In this document: piece after piece, positions 39,016 to 49,031 of the stretch
How positions within the stretch are numbered: the stretch's first letter is position 1
How the letters are laid out: each line of letters opens with the position of its first letter
From: a virus
Lineage: Duplodnaviria; Heunggongvirae; Uroviricota; Caudoviricetes
Direction: 5' to 3' (one strand)
Virus record (IMG/VR): IMGVR_UViG_3300011008_000003
Length of the DNA stretch: 64,000 nucleotides
Notes under the pieces: generated by a model
What the model was told of the DNA's origin: nothing
What the model saw: the letters and a program-made list of their open reading frames with translations, nothing else
The model's database searches: none
Position numbers and translations under genes: made by a program

Positions 39016-40635
39016 ATGTCAAAAGAAATTTTGTTCGACGAAAATGCTCGTGTTAAGCTGATGGCCGGCGTAAATATCCTTGCCGATGCCGTATGTAGTA
39101 CTCTCGGTCCTTCTGGCCGTAATGTCATGTTGTCCAACGGTGTAGTCACCAAGGACGGCGTGTCGGTCGCCAAGGATATCAGTATGGAAGATCCGTTTGT
39201 TGATAAGGGTGTTCAGATGGCTGTAGCCGCCGCTTCCAAGACCAACGATGTCGCCGGTGACGGTACGACCTCCAGTGTCTGTCTCAGCCGCGCCATTGCC
39301 CGTGAAGGATTAAAGATTGTTGCAGCCGGCGCCAATCCGACTGAAGTAAAGGCCGGAATCGATAAAGCTGTTTCTGCTATCGTCGACCAGCTCGATAAGA
39401 ATTCCATTAAGGTAAACGACAAGAAGTCCATTGCACAGGTGGGTACTATCTCCGCTAACGGCGATACCGAAATCGGTAATATGATCGCCGATGCCATGGA
39501 CAAGGTTGGTCCGGACGGTGTTATCACTGTCGAGGAATCCAACACTGCAGAAACCGTTCTCGATGTCGTAGACGGTATGCAGTTCAATAACGGTTACCTC
39601 TCCCCGTATTTTGTAACTGACCAGGAAAAGATGGTTGCCGTTCTCGAAAACCCGGCCATCCTTATGTACGAACATAAGATTTCCAGTGTACAGGAATTGC
39701 TCCCGCATCTTGAATATATCGGCCAGTCCGGTAAGCCGTTGCTGATTATCGCAGAAGATGTTGACTCCGAAGCGCTCGCTATGTTGGTGTTGAATAAGCT
39801 CCGTGGCGCTCTAAAGGTCGTAGCTGTCAAGGCTCCTGGCTACGGCGAATCCAGGAAGAACAATCTCCGTGACATCGCGCTGCTTACCGGCGGCCACGTT
39901 GTTTCCGATGAAACAGGTGTTAAGCTTGCCGATGCAGTCACCCAGGAAATCCTTGGTTATGCCAAGACTGTTAAGGTTTCCCGTGACCATACCATTATTG
40001 TCGACGGTGCTGCTGAAAAGGAATCCGTAGACCAGCATGTCCAGACTCTTAAGGCTCAGCTCGCCTCTACCGAATCCGAATATGACAAGGCTAACCTTGC
40101 AGAACGTATTGCACGTCTGGCTGGCGGTGTCGCTGTCATTAAGGTCGGTGCAGCCACTGAAGTAGAAATGAAGGAAAAGAAAGACCGAGTGGACGATGCT
40201 CTCCATGCAACGAAGGCTGCTGTCGAAGAAGGTATTGTCGCAGGCGGCGGAACTGCCCTAATCCGTGCGGCATCCGCTGTCAAGGTCACTGGAGCTACAG
40301 CTGACGAAGAATCCGGTATTAAGATTATCATGAAGGCAGCCGAAGAACCGGCACGCCAGATTGTTAAGAATACCGGCAAGGAACCGTCCGTTGTGGTTAA
40401 CGAAATCATGAAGCGTTCCGGCAACGAAGGCTACAATGCCAAGACAGGTACGTTCGAAGACCTGGTTGAATCCGGTGTTATCGACCCGGTTAAGGTCACC
40501 AAGAACGCTCTTAAGAATGCCGCTTCTATCGCATCTATGATTCTGACGACTAACTGCGTTATCGTTGAGAAGAAGGAAGACAAGGAATGTTCTTGTCACC
40601 AGCCGCAGATGCCGATGATGCCCGGCATGATGTAA
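39016..40635 (+). CDS. groEL: chaperonin GroEL
   Basis: TLGP.GRN, TKDGVSVA, AGDGTT, GYLSPYF, IAEDVD.EAL, MPGMM tail. Confidence 0.98.
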   Translation: MSKEILFDENARVKLMAGVNILADAVCSTLGPSGRNVMLSNGVVTKDGVSVAKDISMEDPFVDKGVQMAVAAASKTNDVAGDGTTSSVCLSRAIAREGLKIVAAGANPTEVKAGIDKAVSAIVDQLDKNSIKVNDKKSIAQVGTISANGDTEIGNMIADAMDKVGPDGVITVEESNTAETVLDVVDGMQFNNGYLSPYFVTDQEKMVAVLENPAILMYEHKISSVQELLPHLEYIGQSGKPLLIIAEDVDSEALAMLVLNKLRGALKVVAVKAPGYGESRKNNLRDIALLTGGHVVSDETGVKLADAVTQEILGYAKTVKVSRDHTIIVDGAAEKESVDQHVQTLKAQLASTESEYDKANLAERIARLAGGVAVIKVGAATEVEMKEKKDRVDDALHATKAAVEEGIVAGGGTALIRAASAVKVTGATADEESGIKIIMKAAEEPARQIVKNTGKEPSVVVNEIMKRSGNEGYNAKTGTFEDLVESGVIDPVKVTKNALKNAASIASMILTTNCVIVEKKEDKECSCHQPQMPMMPGMM

Positions 40636-40661
40636 TAAGAATTCCGAGAGAGAGAACAGAA

Positions 40662-40689
40662 AGGAACACCGTTAATTCGGTGTTCCTTC
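40662..40689. terminator. terminator stem-loop after groEL
   Basis: AAGGAACACCG/CGGTGTTCCTT. Confidence 0.75.
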
Positions 40690-40735
40690 ATTGTTTATAA
40701 AGTGTTTATAATCTACTAACAATCTACTAACAATG

Positions 40736-41338
40736 TTAGCATTTTGTTAAGTCTACTTTCAGACAGTCTGCACGGTCCGGATTCTTTTCTTTCAGAATCT
40801 CTAAAGCTCGGTTAATATCGTCGAGAGAAATCAACCACTTATTAAGCATTCTGACTTTGAATACGGCTTTGGCCTGGCTCGCCCTGGAATAATACCGTTC
40901 TCCGATTTTGTTCGGAACCCAAGGCTGAAGCCTTATGGTATTCGACTTTTCGAGACAGACAGCCATGCCATACGGCATTAAGATACTGTGGACGCTGGAG
41001 TAAGGAATAGTCTGGACGTCCGACATATCTATTTCCTTCTCGAGTTTTTTCATCTGCATTCTCTTATAGTCTTTGGAGAACAGCACTCGCCAGATTTCAT
41101 TAAGTATGTCGGAATTTGGTTCCAGAACTTTTCCTTTAAGGTAATAGTTAAACAGGGATGCCAAATTCGGATGGTACGTAGCGACGTCATTCCCGCCAAC
41201 TGCATTAAGGTCTTCCTTCATACGGCTTCGGGAATGCTTCACTAGCATCGGCCAGTTTACCGAGAAGTTCTCAAAGAATATCATGTTGACGACTTCCTGA
41301 GTCTTCTTGGATAATGTACTAAGTTCTGGAATTGCCAT
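40736..41338 (-). CDS. hypothetical protein
   Basis: Operon ORF. Confidence 0.7.
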   Translation of the reverse strand: MAIPELSTLSKKTQEVVNMIFFENFSVNWPMLVKHSRSRMKEDLNAVGGNDVATYHPNLASLFNYYLKGKVLEPNSDILNEIWRVLFSKDYKRMQMKKLEKEIDMSDVQTIPYSSVHSILMPYGMAVCLEKSNTIRLQPWVPNKIGERYYSRASQAKAVFKVRMLNKWLISLDDINRALEILKEKNPDRADCLKVDLTKC

Positions 41339-41340
41339 AG

Positions 41341-41979
41341 TTATTTTCCTTCTTGCCAGCGTTCATTGATAGTCTGTAAAGCTTCATCGAGCAGTGCCGA
41401 AGTGAACGGCTTCTTGCGCATATCAGCGAACCAGATGCGGTTGGAAGTACGGTACTTACCCCAGTTATTCGGATCCCATGTAAAGATGGAGACCGAGGAA
41501 GAACCACAGTTTACACAGGCTCTGTTGTTGGAGAGTCTTATGATTTCCTTTCGGAACGACTGCGGGTTGGTAAAGTCCGCATCGAGATTGTTGATTGCCT
41601 TCACCAGTTCAGCATTGTGCTTACGGAGTTCCTTGTCGTATTTGGTTTGGTTAGACCATTCGGTAATCACAGCTTCCATATCCGGATATTCCACGATAAG
41701 CTGGGCGAACGCATAGACGAAATCTTCGCCTCTTTCGTACGGCCCAAGTTCTTGGAACTTCTGAAAGTAGAAGGTGTGCCACGGCATGATCAGATGCGCC
41801 TTGCGGAACTTGATGAAATCCATGTAACAGACTTTGTTGCGGGTCTGTTCGAATTTCTTAGCCCAGCTGATGACTCCGTTGTATTCATTGGAGTACGGGT
41901 CGAGAAGTCGGCATACCCTGTTATAGGCGTGCTGGACTTTCTCTTTGTATTCGGTTTCCTGCGGTGTTAATTCTGCCAT
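41341..41979 (-). CDS. hypothetical protein (CxxC)
   Basis: GAGG RBS. Confidence 0.75.
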   Translation of the reverse strand: MAELTPQETEYKEKVQHAYNRVCRLLDPYSNEYNGVISWAKKFEQTRNKVCYMDFIKFRKAHLIMPWHTFYFQKFQELGPYERGEDFVYAFAQLIVEYPDMEAVITEWSNQTKYDKELRKHNAELVKAINNLDADFTNPQSFRKEIIRLSNNRACVNCGSSSVSIFTWDPNNWGKYRTSNRIWFADMRKKPFTSALLDEALQTINERWQEGK

Positions 41980-42186
41980 TTGTATACCTCGTTTGTTTTT
42001 ATAAAAGATAGCAATAATAGTCTTCGCCGTAAATAAGACTAAAGCGAGATTATTCCCTGGACTACCTCTTGTACGATGGTAATCCTCTCGGCCAGTTTGG
42101 TGAGCTGCGCCTTCTTTCTCGGAGACCTGGACGAAAGATATTCTTTTTCCACGTCGTCCATGAGGTTGAGAAGATCAGTCACCTTC

Positions 42187-42480
42187 TTATTTGCCAGTGT
42201 TGCCTTTGTCATTTAGAATATCCTCCACTGATGCCGCTTCCAATACAGAATGGAATGCTAAGACATCATCATTGGTTTCTATCTTGTATTGTTTTCCGTT
42301 TAGCGTCAACGGATTCATATGCGGATAAACCAGCACGATTTCCGTATTCTGCCGCTTGCTGAACAGGTCTTGATAGGTCGCCTTTATTTCGAATACTATA
42401 TTGCCTATATAGTTTGAATTCCGTATAGTATAGAGTTCAACTAAGGTATATTCACGGAAACTGTTTTTGAATTTAACCAT
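42187..42480 (-). CDS. C-terminal tag family protein
   Basis: LNGKQY...SVEDILND. Confidence 0.7.
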   Translation of the reverse strand: MVKFKNSFREYTLVELYTIRNSNYIGNIVFEIKATYQDLFSKRQNTEIVLVYPHMNPLTLNGKQYKIETNDDVLAFHSVLEAASVEDILNDKGNTGK

Positions 42481-42787
42481 TAAGCGACTCCAGTACGTTT
42501 TCAGTTAAGCCGTTCTGGACGTCCTTGTAGAATTCATAAAGGACTTCATCAGATCGAATGTCGTAGTCCTTATTGCCGATACGCCAGATACCGTTAGTCT
42601 TATTGGTAAACCTGAATATAAAGGAAGTGGAACGGTCTCTCGTTTTTCTTTTCAGTTCTACCCCGATAGCATTATCCGGCAGTACCATGACGTCCAGAAC
42701 CTTATAGGTATAGTTAGGATCAGCATGCCAGCGATGATCATAACTGGAATAGTACAGTTGTTTAAGTATAAAGTCCTTACGTTTCAT
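42473..42787 (-). CDS. C-terminal tag family protein
   Basis: IGNKDY...ENVLESLNG. Confidence 0.7.
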   Translation of the reverse strand: MKRKDFILKQLYYSSYDHRWHADPNYTYKVLDVMVLPDNAIGVELKRKTRDRSTSFIFRFTNKTNGIWRIGNKDYDIRSDEVLYEFYKDVQNGLTENVLESLNG

Positions 42788-42790
42788 CGG

Positions 42791-43108
42791 TTACCTCGAT
42801 ACGTTATAACCCATTGCCGTCAGCTTTGCAATCATCTCCAGTGCATCATCAGAGTCATCGGAAATGAACCCTGCCTTTTCGAGATCCTCGTTGATGTCTT
42901 CCAGAGTCTTTATGGACAGAGCCAGAAGTTCATCGTAGTTACCGGACATCGCCAGCATTTGGTAGTTCTTCTTGTTGGCATCGGTGATCAACGCCGGTCG
43001 CTTGAACAGCTTGCCGCTTTCGTCGAACGCCCTGCAGACGTAACCCATGATGGAAAAGGCGTTTCCGTCACAGCCGACCAGAGTATATTTTTGAATTTTC
43101 TTAGCCAT
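42791..43108 (-). CDS. conserved phage hypothetical protein
   Basis: LVG.DGNAF.IMG...AMSGNYD.LL motif; GAGG RBS. Confidence 0.75.
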   Translation of the reverse strand: MAKKIQKYTLVGCDGNAFSIMGYVCRAFDESGKLFKRPALITDANKKNYQMLAMSGNYDELLALSIKTLEDINEDLEKAGFISDDSDDALEMIAKLTAMGYNVSR

Positions 43109-43281
43109 ATTTATACCTCATAATATAATATAGAAAAACGTGCCGTTATTGTAAATGATTATAATATATCGAATCTCACCGGAACAACAGCATCGATAGG
43201 AACATGGTTCATGGCAGTACCGGTGATTATATGAATAAGGTTTATGTTTACTATATTATAATGTTTTACTATATTATAAGC

Positions 43282-43566
43282 ATGGAAGTTAAGATTAACA
43301 GGACAATTTACAAGACGGTGTATAATCCGATAAAGGTAAAACCGGACGGCAGTTTTACATTGCACGTTACCAAGTGGATAGAACGCCGTAAGGGAAATGG
43401 CTGGTCTGGTTATAGTAGATTTGCTGAATATGTAATTCCGCATCCGACAAGAATGACAATGGAATTCGACGGTAAAAAGTATAAGTGTAACGGTATGACT
43501 CCGGCAGAAGTCCTTGAACTGCGTAGTCACCTGGAAGCCTGTATAGCATTAGAGAACTTGAAATAA
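43282..43566 (+). CDS. C-terminal tag family protein
   Basis: FDGKKY...IALENLK; leaderless. Confidence 0.75.
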   Translation: MEVKINRTIYKTVYNPIKVKPDGSFTLHVTKWIERRKGNGWSGYSRFAEYVIPHPTRMTMEFDGKKYKCNGMTPAEVLELRSHLEACIALENLK

Positions 43567-43585
43567 TCATCGGTAAAGGTTAACT

Positions 43586-43849
43586 ATGAATGTAATTGGA
43601 TATAGATACCACGAAAACGACATGCATTATTTTATGCTGGATTTCCGCCGTGAATTTCAGGCGCGGGAATCTATGTTAAAAGTTCCGGTTATCAATAACG
43701 AGTATAAGAAGGAATATTTGTATCTTGAATCTGATACTTTTGATGTTGTCCTATATGATGGTCGTGAATATTGTTTGCTGAAACAAGAAGATTATGATGT
43801 TCTGAAAGAAATATTCTCTACACTTTTTGCGATAGAGAGTCTTAAATAA
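43586..43849 (+). CDS. C-terminal tag family protein
   Basis: YDGREY...FAIESLK. Confidence 0.75.
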   Translation: MNVIGYRYHENDMHYFMLDFRREFQARESMLKVPVINNEYKKEYLYLESDTFDVVLYDGREYCLLKQEDYDVLKEIFSTLFAIESLK

Positions 43850-43864
43850 TTCTATATTAAGACT

Positions 43865-44131
43865 ATGTTGATAAGATGTCAAAAACATGGATTTATCCCG
43901 GTAATGTCTGATTTCGAAATTGATTTCGGCAGAAAACTTGGTGTGACTGAATCATTGATCGCTGTTCCAGTGATGCCTAATAAATTTAAGCTAAATCATT
44001 TGTTTCTGGTTCGTGGATTGTGTATTCCGGTAAGATTTGAAGGTAAAGATTTTAATCTCAATAATCCAGAACAGACAGGTATTCTGGAAGAAATGTTAAA
44101 GACAGTTTTTGCTATCGAAGACCTTAAATAA
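43865..44131 (+). CDS. C-terminal tag family protein
   Basis: FEGKDF...FAIEDLK. Confidence 0.75.
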   Translation: MLIRCQKHGFIPVMSDFEIDFGRKLGVTESLIAVPVMPNKFKLNHLFLVRGLCIPVRFEGKDFNLNNPEQTGILEEMLKTVFAIEDLK

Positions 44132-44146
44132 TTCTATATTAAGTAT

Positions 44147-44455
44147 ATGAAAAAGTTTTTAATTGGTAAAGGTTATGACCGTTCGGCGTTGGTTTATGTC
44201 GAGGTAGATCTGTCGAGGAATACAGAGCTTACCGGTAACTTCATGATTCCGACAAAACAATCTATTCTCCGTGGCATCGGCAACGTTTATTATACGTCGC
44301 TGTCTCCCAACGATGAAGGCGGTGTAAGGCTGTACAGGTATGAAACTTATTATGTCAAGTGGAGAGGGAAGATATACCATGTGGACTCACCGGCGAAGTA
44401 TGATGTTCTGGTGAATATTATTAGCACAGATTTTGCCTTAGCCCAGCTCGAATAA
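44147..44455 (+). CDS. C-terminal tag family protein
   Basis: WRGKIY...FALAQLE. Confidence 0.75.
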   Translation: MKKFLIGKGYDRSALVYVEVDLSRNTELTGNFMIPTKQSILRGIGNVYYTSLSPNDEGGVRLYRYETYYVKWRGKIYHVDSPAKYDVLVNIISTDFALAQLE

Positions 44456-44470
44456 TTCTATATTAAGAAT

Positions 44471-44743
44471 ATGAAACAGTTAATTATTATGTGGTCTAAC
44501 AACAGTGACAGGATGTCTGTGGAAAAGCTTGGTCCCTTGTGCATTTTTGCCGAAAGGAAGACTCCCTACTTTTATGTTAATGGCGAGCATTCATCGGTGA
44601 TCCGCATCTACCAAGGGGATTGTACCCGTACATACGAATTTGACGGCGTAGTCTATGATCCGATGTCCGCAGGCGATATTATGAATCTCTATTCGGCTTT
44701 GGAATTCTACCTTCTCGAAGTATCTCTTTGCGGGGTTCTATGA
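44471..44743 (+). CDS. C-terminal tag family protein
   Basis: FDGVVY...EVSLCGVL. Confidence 0.7.
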   Translation: MKQLIIMWSNNSDRMSVEKLGPLCIFAERKTPYFYVNGEHSSVIRIYQGDCTRTYEFDGVVYDPMSAGDIMNLYSALEFYLLEVSLCGVL

Positions 44744-45009
44744 CTATAGAATTATCTTTTATGACTGGAATATTCGAGACCTATGAAATCTGTACTGGCG
44801 AACAGTACGGCAAGGTTGTCGATCATCTGGGTACCGATTGGTATATCTACGTTTATAACAGGCATCACATCCCTAATCTGGTTTGCCCTTGTACTGTTTT
44901 AAAATGTCGTTATCAAGGTGTAGAATTCGATACGCTGGGTAACAAAGACCAGCTGGCGATGCTGAAGAGAAAACTTGAAGAGGATTTCGCCATTGAACGA
45001 CTCGAATAA
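44740..45009 (+). CDS. C-terminal tag family protein
   Basis: YQGVEF...FAIERLE. Confidence 0.75.
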   Translation: MTIELSFMTGIFETYEICTGEQYGKVVDHLGTDWYIYVYNRHHIPNLVCPCTVLKCRYQGVEFDTLGNKDQLAMLKRKLEEDFAIERLE

Positions 45010-45024
45010 TTCTATATTAAGCAT

Positions 45025-45288
45025 ATGCAGATAGAACTTTCGTACCTACCGGGGAGATTCGACCGGTTTGATATTTGTCTGGATCTCGGTATCGAGGCAC
45101 GAAGCAAACGGCCTGAACGCTGGAGTCTTTTTATAAAGAACAACGAAGACATGATTATTAGGGTCTCTCCGATAAGCACGCTGTGTGTCAGGTATGAAGG
45201 GCATGTATATGATTCAGAGGACGACGATCAACTGGCGATTCTGAAACATAAACTTGAGACAGATTTTGCTATTGAACGACTCGAATAA
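45025..45288 (+). CDS. C-terminal tag family protein
   Basis: YEGHVY...FAIERLE. Confidence 0.75.
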   Translation: MQIELSYLPGRFDRFDICLDLGIEARSKRPERWSLFIKNNEDMIIRVSPISTLCVRYEGHVYDSEDDDQLAILKHKLETDFAIERLE

Positions 45289-45303
45289 TTCTATATTATA
45301 AGC

Positions 45304-45603
45304 ATGTGGCTTAAGATTGACAACGACAAGTATTGGGTTAAGGGCGTTACCAAAGAACGCGGAACCTATACTAATGAACTGATTGCCTGGGTACGGTGTA
45401 CTACAGGCCCTTGTTGTACTGTTCCGTTTAACATATATTTGCATATCGGAATTCAGGTTGCCTTTATCGATGAGGAAAACGATATGTGGGGTTGCGGAAT
45501 GTTCTACGGAGATCCCATTCATATACGTGACGAGATAACCTTGTTAAAAATTATAGATCGCATCGACAACGAAACTGCCCTTGAAAAGCTGGAGGCCTTA
45601 TGA
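45304..45603 (+). CDS. C-terminal tag family protein
   Basis: Ends TALEKLEAL. Confidence 0.75.
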   Translation: MWLKIDNDKYWVKGVTKERGTYTNELIAWVRCTTGPCCTVPFNIYLHIGIQVAFIDEENDMWGCGMFYGDPIHIRDEITLLKIIDRIDNETALEKLEAL

Positions 45604-45881
45604 AAGTAATTCGTGGAATCGGAAAGAACCGATGTGTACGGACGATAGATTTTTCTCGCCCGCTTAAATACTATGATAATCCGGCCATATCTTGCGGTAA
45701 AGGTTTAGGCATTCCAGTAATAGAAAATCTTGATACTCCCAGCGAAGTTTATTTCTGGGACCATGAAACTATAAGGGCAACCGTCGGCAAGGACAGATAC
45801 GAATTGGTCGAGGATAATCCGTATGTCTATGAGCAGCTGAAGAATAATGTCGAGTTATTATTCGCCTTACATGGGCTTTAA
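45600..45881 (+). CDS. C-terminal tag family protein
   Basis: Ends LFALHGL. Confidence 0.7.
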   Translation: MKVIRGIGKNRCVRTIDFSRPLKYYDNPAISCGKGLGIPVIENLDTPSEVYFWDHETIRATVGKDRYELVEDNPYVYEQLKNNVELLFALHGL

Positions 45882-45899
45882 TAATTCTATATTATAGTC

Positions 45900-46349
45900 A
45901 TGGATATTAAAGACGTTTACAAACAACTTCAAAATCATTTTGAGCAGATTAAGTTAAAATACGGCTATCTGCAGAACGATAACGGTTTTAATTTTAGAGG
46001 CGGTGTCTTTTCCGGTAGTATTGCCGGTGGTACCGTTGAAGATGAAGAACCGGATGAAAAGTCTACCGTATTCGAATCCTTCGTTATCAACAAAACCCAT
46101 CGTAAGACACATGATGTTATTTTTTATGTGCAAGCCAAGATTTTATATTACGGCGCCAATTGCGGTATCTTTTCCAATAAGTACATGTATTCCCTTACTA
46201 CTTATCGGAAAGACCGCAAGATTGACCATTTCTATACACAAGAAAAATTATTAAACGAGTTCGACCGAATCTTTAAAGCTGAATACAAACGTGCTGTGCG
46301 GATGAACCAGCAAAAACTCGTTAAACAAATCAACTCCCTCCCTGGTTAA
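45900..46349 (+). CDS. C-terminal tag family protein (subgroup B)
   Basis: Ends KQINSLPG; paralog of next ORF. Confidence 0.75.
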   Translation: MDIKDVYKQLQNHFEQIKLKYGYLQNDNGFNFRGGVFSGSIAGGTVEDEEPDEKSTVFESFVINKTHRKTHDVIFYVQAKILYYGANCGIFSNKYMYSLTTYRKDRKIDHFYTQEKLLNEFDRIFKAEYKRAVRMNQQKLVKQINSLPG

Positions 46350-46377
46350 ACATTTCTATATTATAGTCGAGGTTATT

Positions 46378-46785
46378 ATGTTCTATGAAAAGAAAATACA
46401 TGAACTGGAATTGATGGCGGGAGCTTACAGGTATTTGGAAGAGCTGGGAAAGAAGTATACTGCGAAATATAAAAGCTTCGATACCTACAGGTTTACCGTT
46501 GACCCCTGTGCTTACAATATATCCATTCCCGAGTTAGACATTACATTTACCCGGTGCGAAGATATAACTATGGTTTTCCGATTAAAGTGTATTATTAAAT
46601 ATACGGAAAATAAATTCCATTATGAAATATGCCATTTCAATCATAAGGAAGACAGTGATTTTAACTGCAAGAATGAAGATGATATGATAGAGCAGTTTGA
46701 AAAGCTTCTTAAAGCAGACTGTAAGTATGTCATGCAGCAAGTCCAGAAAAAAACTTTTAAGGCAATTAACTCTCTTGCGGGTTAA
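46378..46785 (+). CDS. C-terminal tag family protein (subgroup B)
   Basis: Ends KAINSLAG. Confidence 0.75.
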   Translation: MFYEKKIHELELMAGAYRYLEELGKKYTAKYKSFDTYRFTVDPCAYNISIPELDITFTRCEDITMVFRLKCIIKYTENKFHYEICHFNHKEDSDFNCKNEDDMIEQFEKLLKADCKYVMQQVQKKTFKAINSLAG

Positions 46786-46821
46786 AAAATTCTATATTGT
46801 AATTAAACAAGAGAGGATATT

Positions 46822-47127
46822 ATGCCGTATTTCAAAATCAATGCTGACAAAGAAGCATATAAGCTTTCCACTATTGAAAAGCGAGGAGACCAATATTTAA
46901 TCCATGCGACACGCTGGGAACAGCATTGGAGAAATAACTATTTCGGACTTGGCCGTAAGGTTCTGAGAGGTCGTGATGAGCATTACAATTTTTATGTTCC
47001 GTCTCCGAAAAAGAAGCTGGACATCCATGTCGACAATGAAACTTATGTCTGTAAGAAAGCCGACAAGATGACTGTGGAACGTCTGGTAAATCATCTTAAA
47101 ACTTTAACAGATTTAGAAGTTCTATAA
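46822..47127 (+). CDS. C-terminal tag family protein
   Basis: H.T.W shared with 43282 ORF; ends LTDLEVL. Confidence 0.75.
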   Translation: MPYFKINADKEAYKLSTIEKRGDQYLIHATRWEQHWRNNYFGLGRKVLRGRDEHYNFYVPSPKKKLDIHVDNETYVCKKADKMTVERLVNHLKTLTDLEVL

Positions 47128-47158
47128 TTGCTATATTGTATATAGCAACGAGGTTATT

Positions 47159-47965
47159 ATGCAATGGTTAAAATGGAGAAACGGTAAAAGTAATCTGGGA
47201 TTTCCGAACCTGTCATTATTTCTTAAGTACGGCAATGACTTGCTGGAAAGGATAAGCAATACAGGAAGTAAGACGGCATTCCAGTTCAGTACGTTTGAAT
47301 TCGAAAGCTCGACGAAATACGAAGAGCTGCGGGTAAAATACAATTTCAATTACGAGGGTGACGAATTCGTATATCTTACAGCCAGATTGTCCTATCTCAA
47401 AAAACAACGGGAACTTACATTAACCATTGTCCCCGATCTGATTTCACGAGATGCCGATAAGTATGTCGGAGAGTATTCTGAAATATGGCATCATGATATG
47501 TTCGGTACGTTTTTCCGTGGAATTACGGACATTCTCGACGAACAGCTGGAAAAGTATCGAACAAAGTTCATGGATTACCTTACACAGCTTAAGAACTTGG
47601 ACACCGAGTTTATTATCGATTCCACAGAGTATATAGCTAAGCTGACCGATAAATATCCTGGTTTAAAAATTACAACAGAAAAGGAAAACGGCGGTATCGG
47701 ATATATAGTATCTGTAGCAACTAAGGAAGACGACGGAGCTTATGTGGAATTCAGCACGTCTCCGTTTAGGATTGAAGACTACGGTGGCTTCTTTCAAGAT
47801 TTCATCCAGCATGCTTGTCTTGACTTCGACGGTTTCGTTGGGTCTACTAAGGACTTCTATGATGCGGTAGAAACGTTAGTTGATGGTGCGCTCGAATATA
47901 AGAAGGTGTTAGATTCTACCTACGCGAAGTACACCAAGATCGTGCAGTCAAGAGACGACGACTAA
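47159..47965 (+). CDS. hypothetical protein (paralog group C)
   Basis: GAGG RBS; EFSTSP..GG. Confidence 0.8.
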   Translation: MQWLKWRNGKSNLGFPNLSLFLKYGNDLLERISNTGSKTAFQFSTFEFESSTKYEELRVKYNFNYEGDEFVYLTARLSYLKKQRELTLTIVPDLISRDADKYVGEYSEIWHHDMFGTFFRGITDILDEQLEKYRTKFMDYLTQLKNLDTEFIIDSTEYIAKLTDKYPGLKITTEKENGGIGYIVSVATKEDDGAYVEFSTSPFRIEDYGGFFQDFIQHACLDFDGFVGSTKDFYDAVETLVDGALEYKKVLDSTYAKYTKIVQSRDDD

Positions 47966-48050
47966 GCAATTCCGGTAATAATCCTCAAAGACTATTCATT
48001 TACGAATAGTCTTCTTTTTTCTATATTAAAAGTATAAACAAGAGGTACTT

Positions 48051-49031
48051 ATGGCATGTATTACGATTACTAATCAGTTTGACCCGTCGCTTCAGATGCG
48101 GATTGACGATAAAAAGGAATTCGATCTCGGTTCTACGGCAGACTTCACCGACAATAAGATGCTCCCCGTTATCAAGAAGACGATCGCCGATATGGTGCCG
48201 GAAGCACAGTTAAGAGTATCGACTAACTATGAAGCTTGGACGCGGTTTTTCTGTTATACCATGGAATTCAAGGTATTCTATAAAGGTGTCAACGACAACG
48301 AGGATGGCTTTAAGATTAAGGTGGAATTCACTAAGGGTCAGAACTGCGACAAGTACAAGATTGGGTTCGAAGTACCAGTTGTAAACCGTGGTTGGAGAGA
48401 TGCTCTGCTTCCGAACAAGGCTAAGGCATACCGTACTAAGGCTAACTATGCCTCGAGCTCTGATCAGCGTCTGATGTTCTATGATCCGTCTGAGGAAACT
48501 ATTAAGGGATTCCTCAATGCGATGATTACCCCGAACCGCCGCAAGGCTCTCCAGGAATTCATCAAAACTGCCAAAAAAGATGCGATGGAGAGTGCCAACA
48601 CAAAGAACCTGTTGGATATTGAGACCATGGACGTCATTCCGGAACTTGAAACAATCTGCCGTAAGTATTCCATGGGTAAACCGGACATCGTGGAGGAAGC
48701 CTATTGCCGTAAGGTAGTCTTTATTAGCGGCGAATACGGTACCAAGTTCTATCTGAACCTGTTCAAGGAATACATGGCGTTTGATATGACAAAGGGCGCT
48801 GAGTATGTATGCAACAAGTTCGATACCAACTTTATCAGGTTGCTGAAAGGCTTCTTTGCAAATTCCAATTTCGACATTGCCACTCATATCCCGTACGACA
48901 AGAAAGAACAGGTATTCGATATATTAACGCGTATCGGGAATATCTACCAGAAGACCCTTTTCCTTGTGAACTACGAAGCCTGGTATAACGTCGATCCGAT
49001 GTGGAAGCGTAATCCGAAAAACGAGGAGTAA
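48051..49031 (+). CDS. hypothetical protein (paralog group C)
   Basis: Own promoter and RBS. Confidence 0.8.
   Translation: MACITITNQFDPSLQMRIDDKKEFDLGSTADFTDNKMLPVIKKTIADMVPEAQLRVSTNYEAWTRFFCYTMEFKVFYKGVNDNEDGFKIKVEFTKGQNCDKYKIGFEVPVVNRGWRDALLPNKAKAYRTKANYASSSDQRLMFYDPSEETIKGFLNAMITPNRRKALQEFIKTAKKDAMESANTKNLLDIETMDVIPELETICRKYSMGKPDIVEEAYCRKVVFISGEYGTKFYLNLFKEYMAFDMTKGAEYVCNKFDTNFIRLLKGFFANSNFDIATHIPYDKKEQVFDILTRIGNIYQKTLFLVNYEAWYNVDPMWKRNPKNEE

Larger units (their letters stand above)
43845..45894 (+). repeat. six copies of AATAATTCTATATTA at gene junctions
   Basis: Copies at 43845, 44127, 44451, 45005, 45284, 45880. Confidence 0.9.

Noticed and set aside
43845-45894. Integron or CRISPR interpretation of the junction repeats
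   Set aside because: There is no attC palindrome or GTTRRRY core and no integrase; the intervening units are whole genes.
22788-47127. Diversity-generating retroelement as the source of paralog variation
   Set aside because: No reverse transcriptase and no TR/VR pair differing at adenines in this window.
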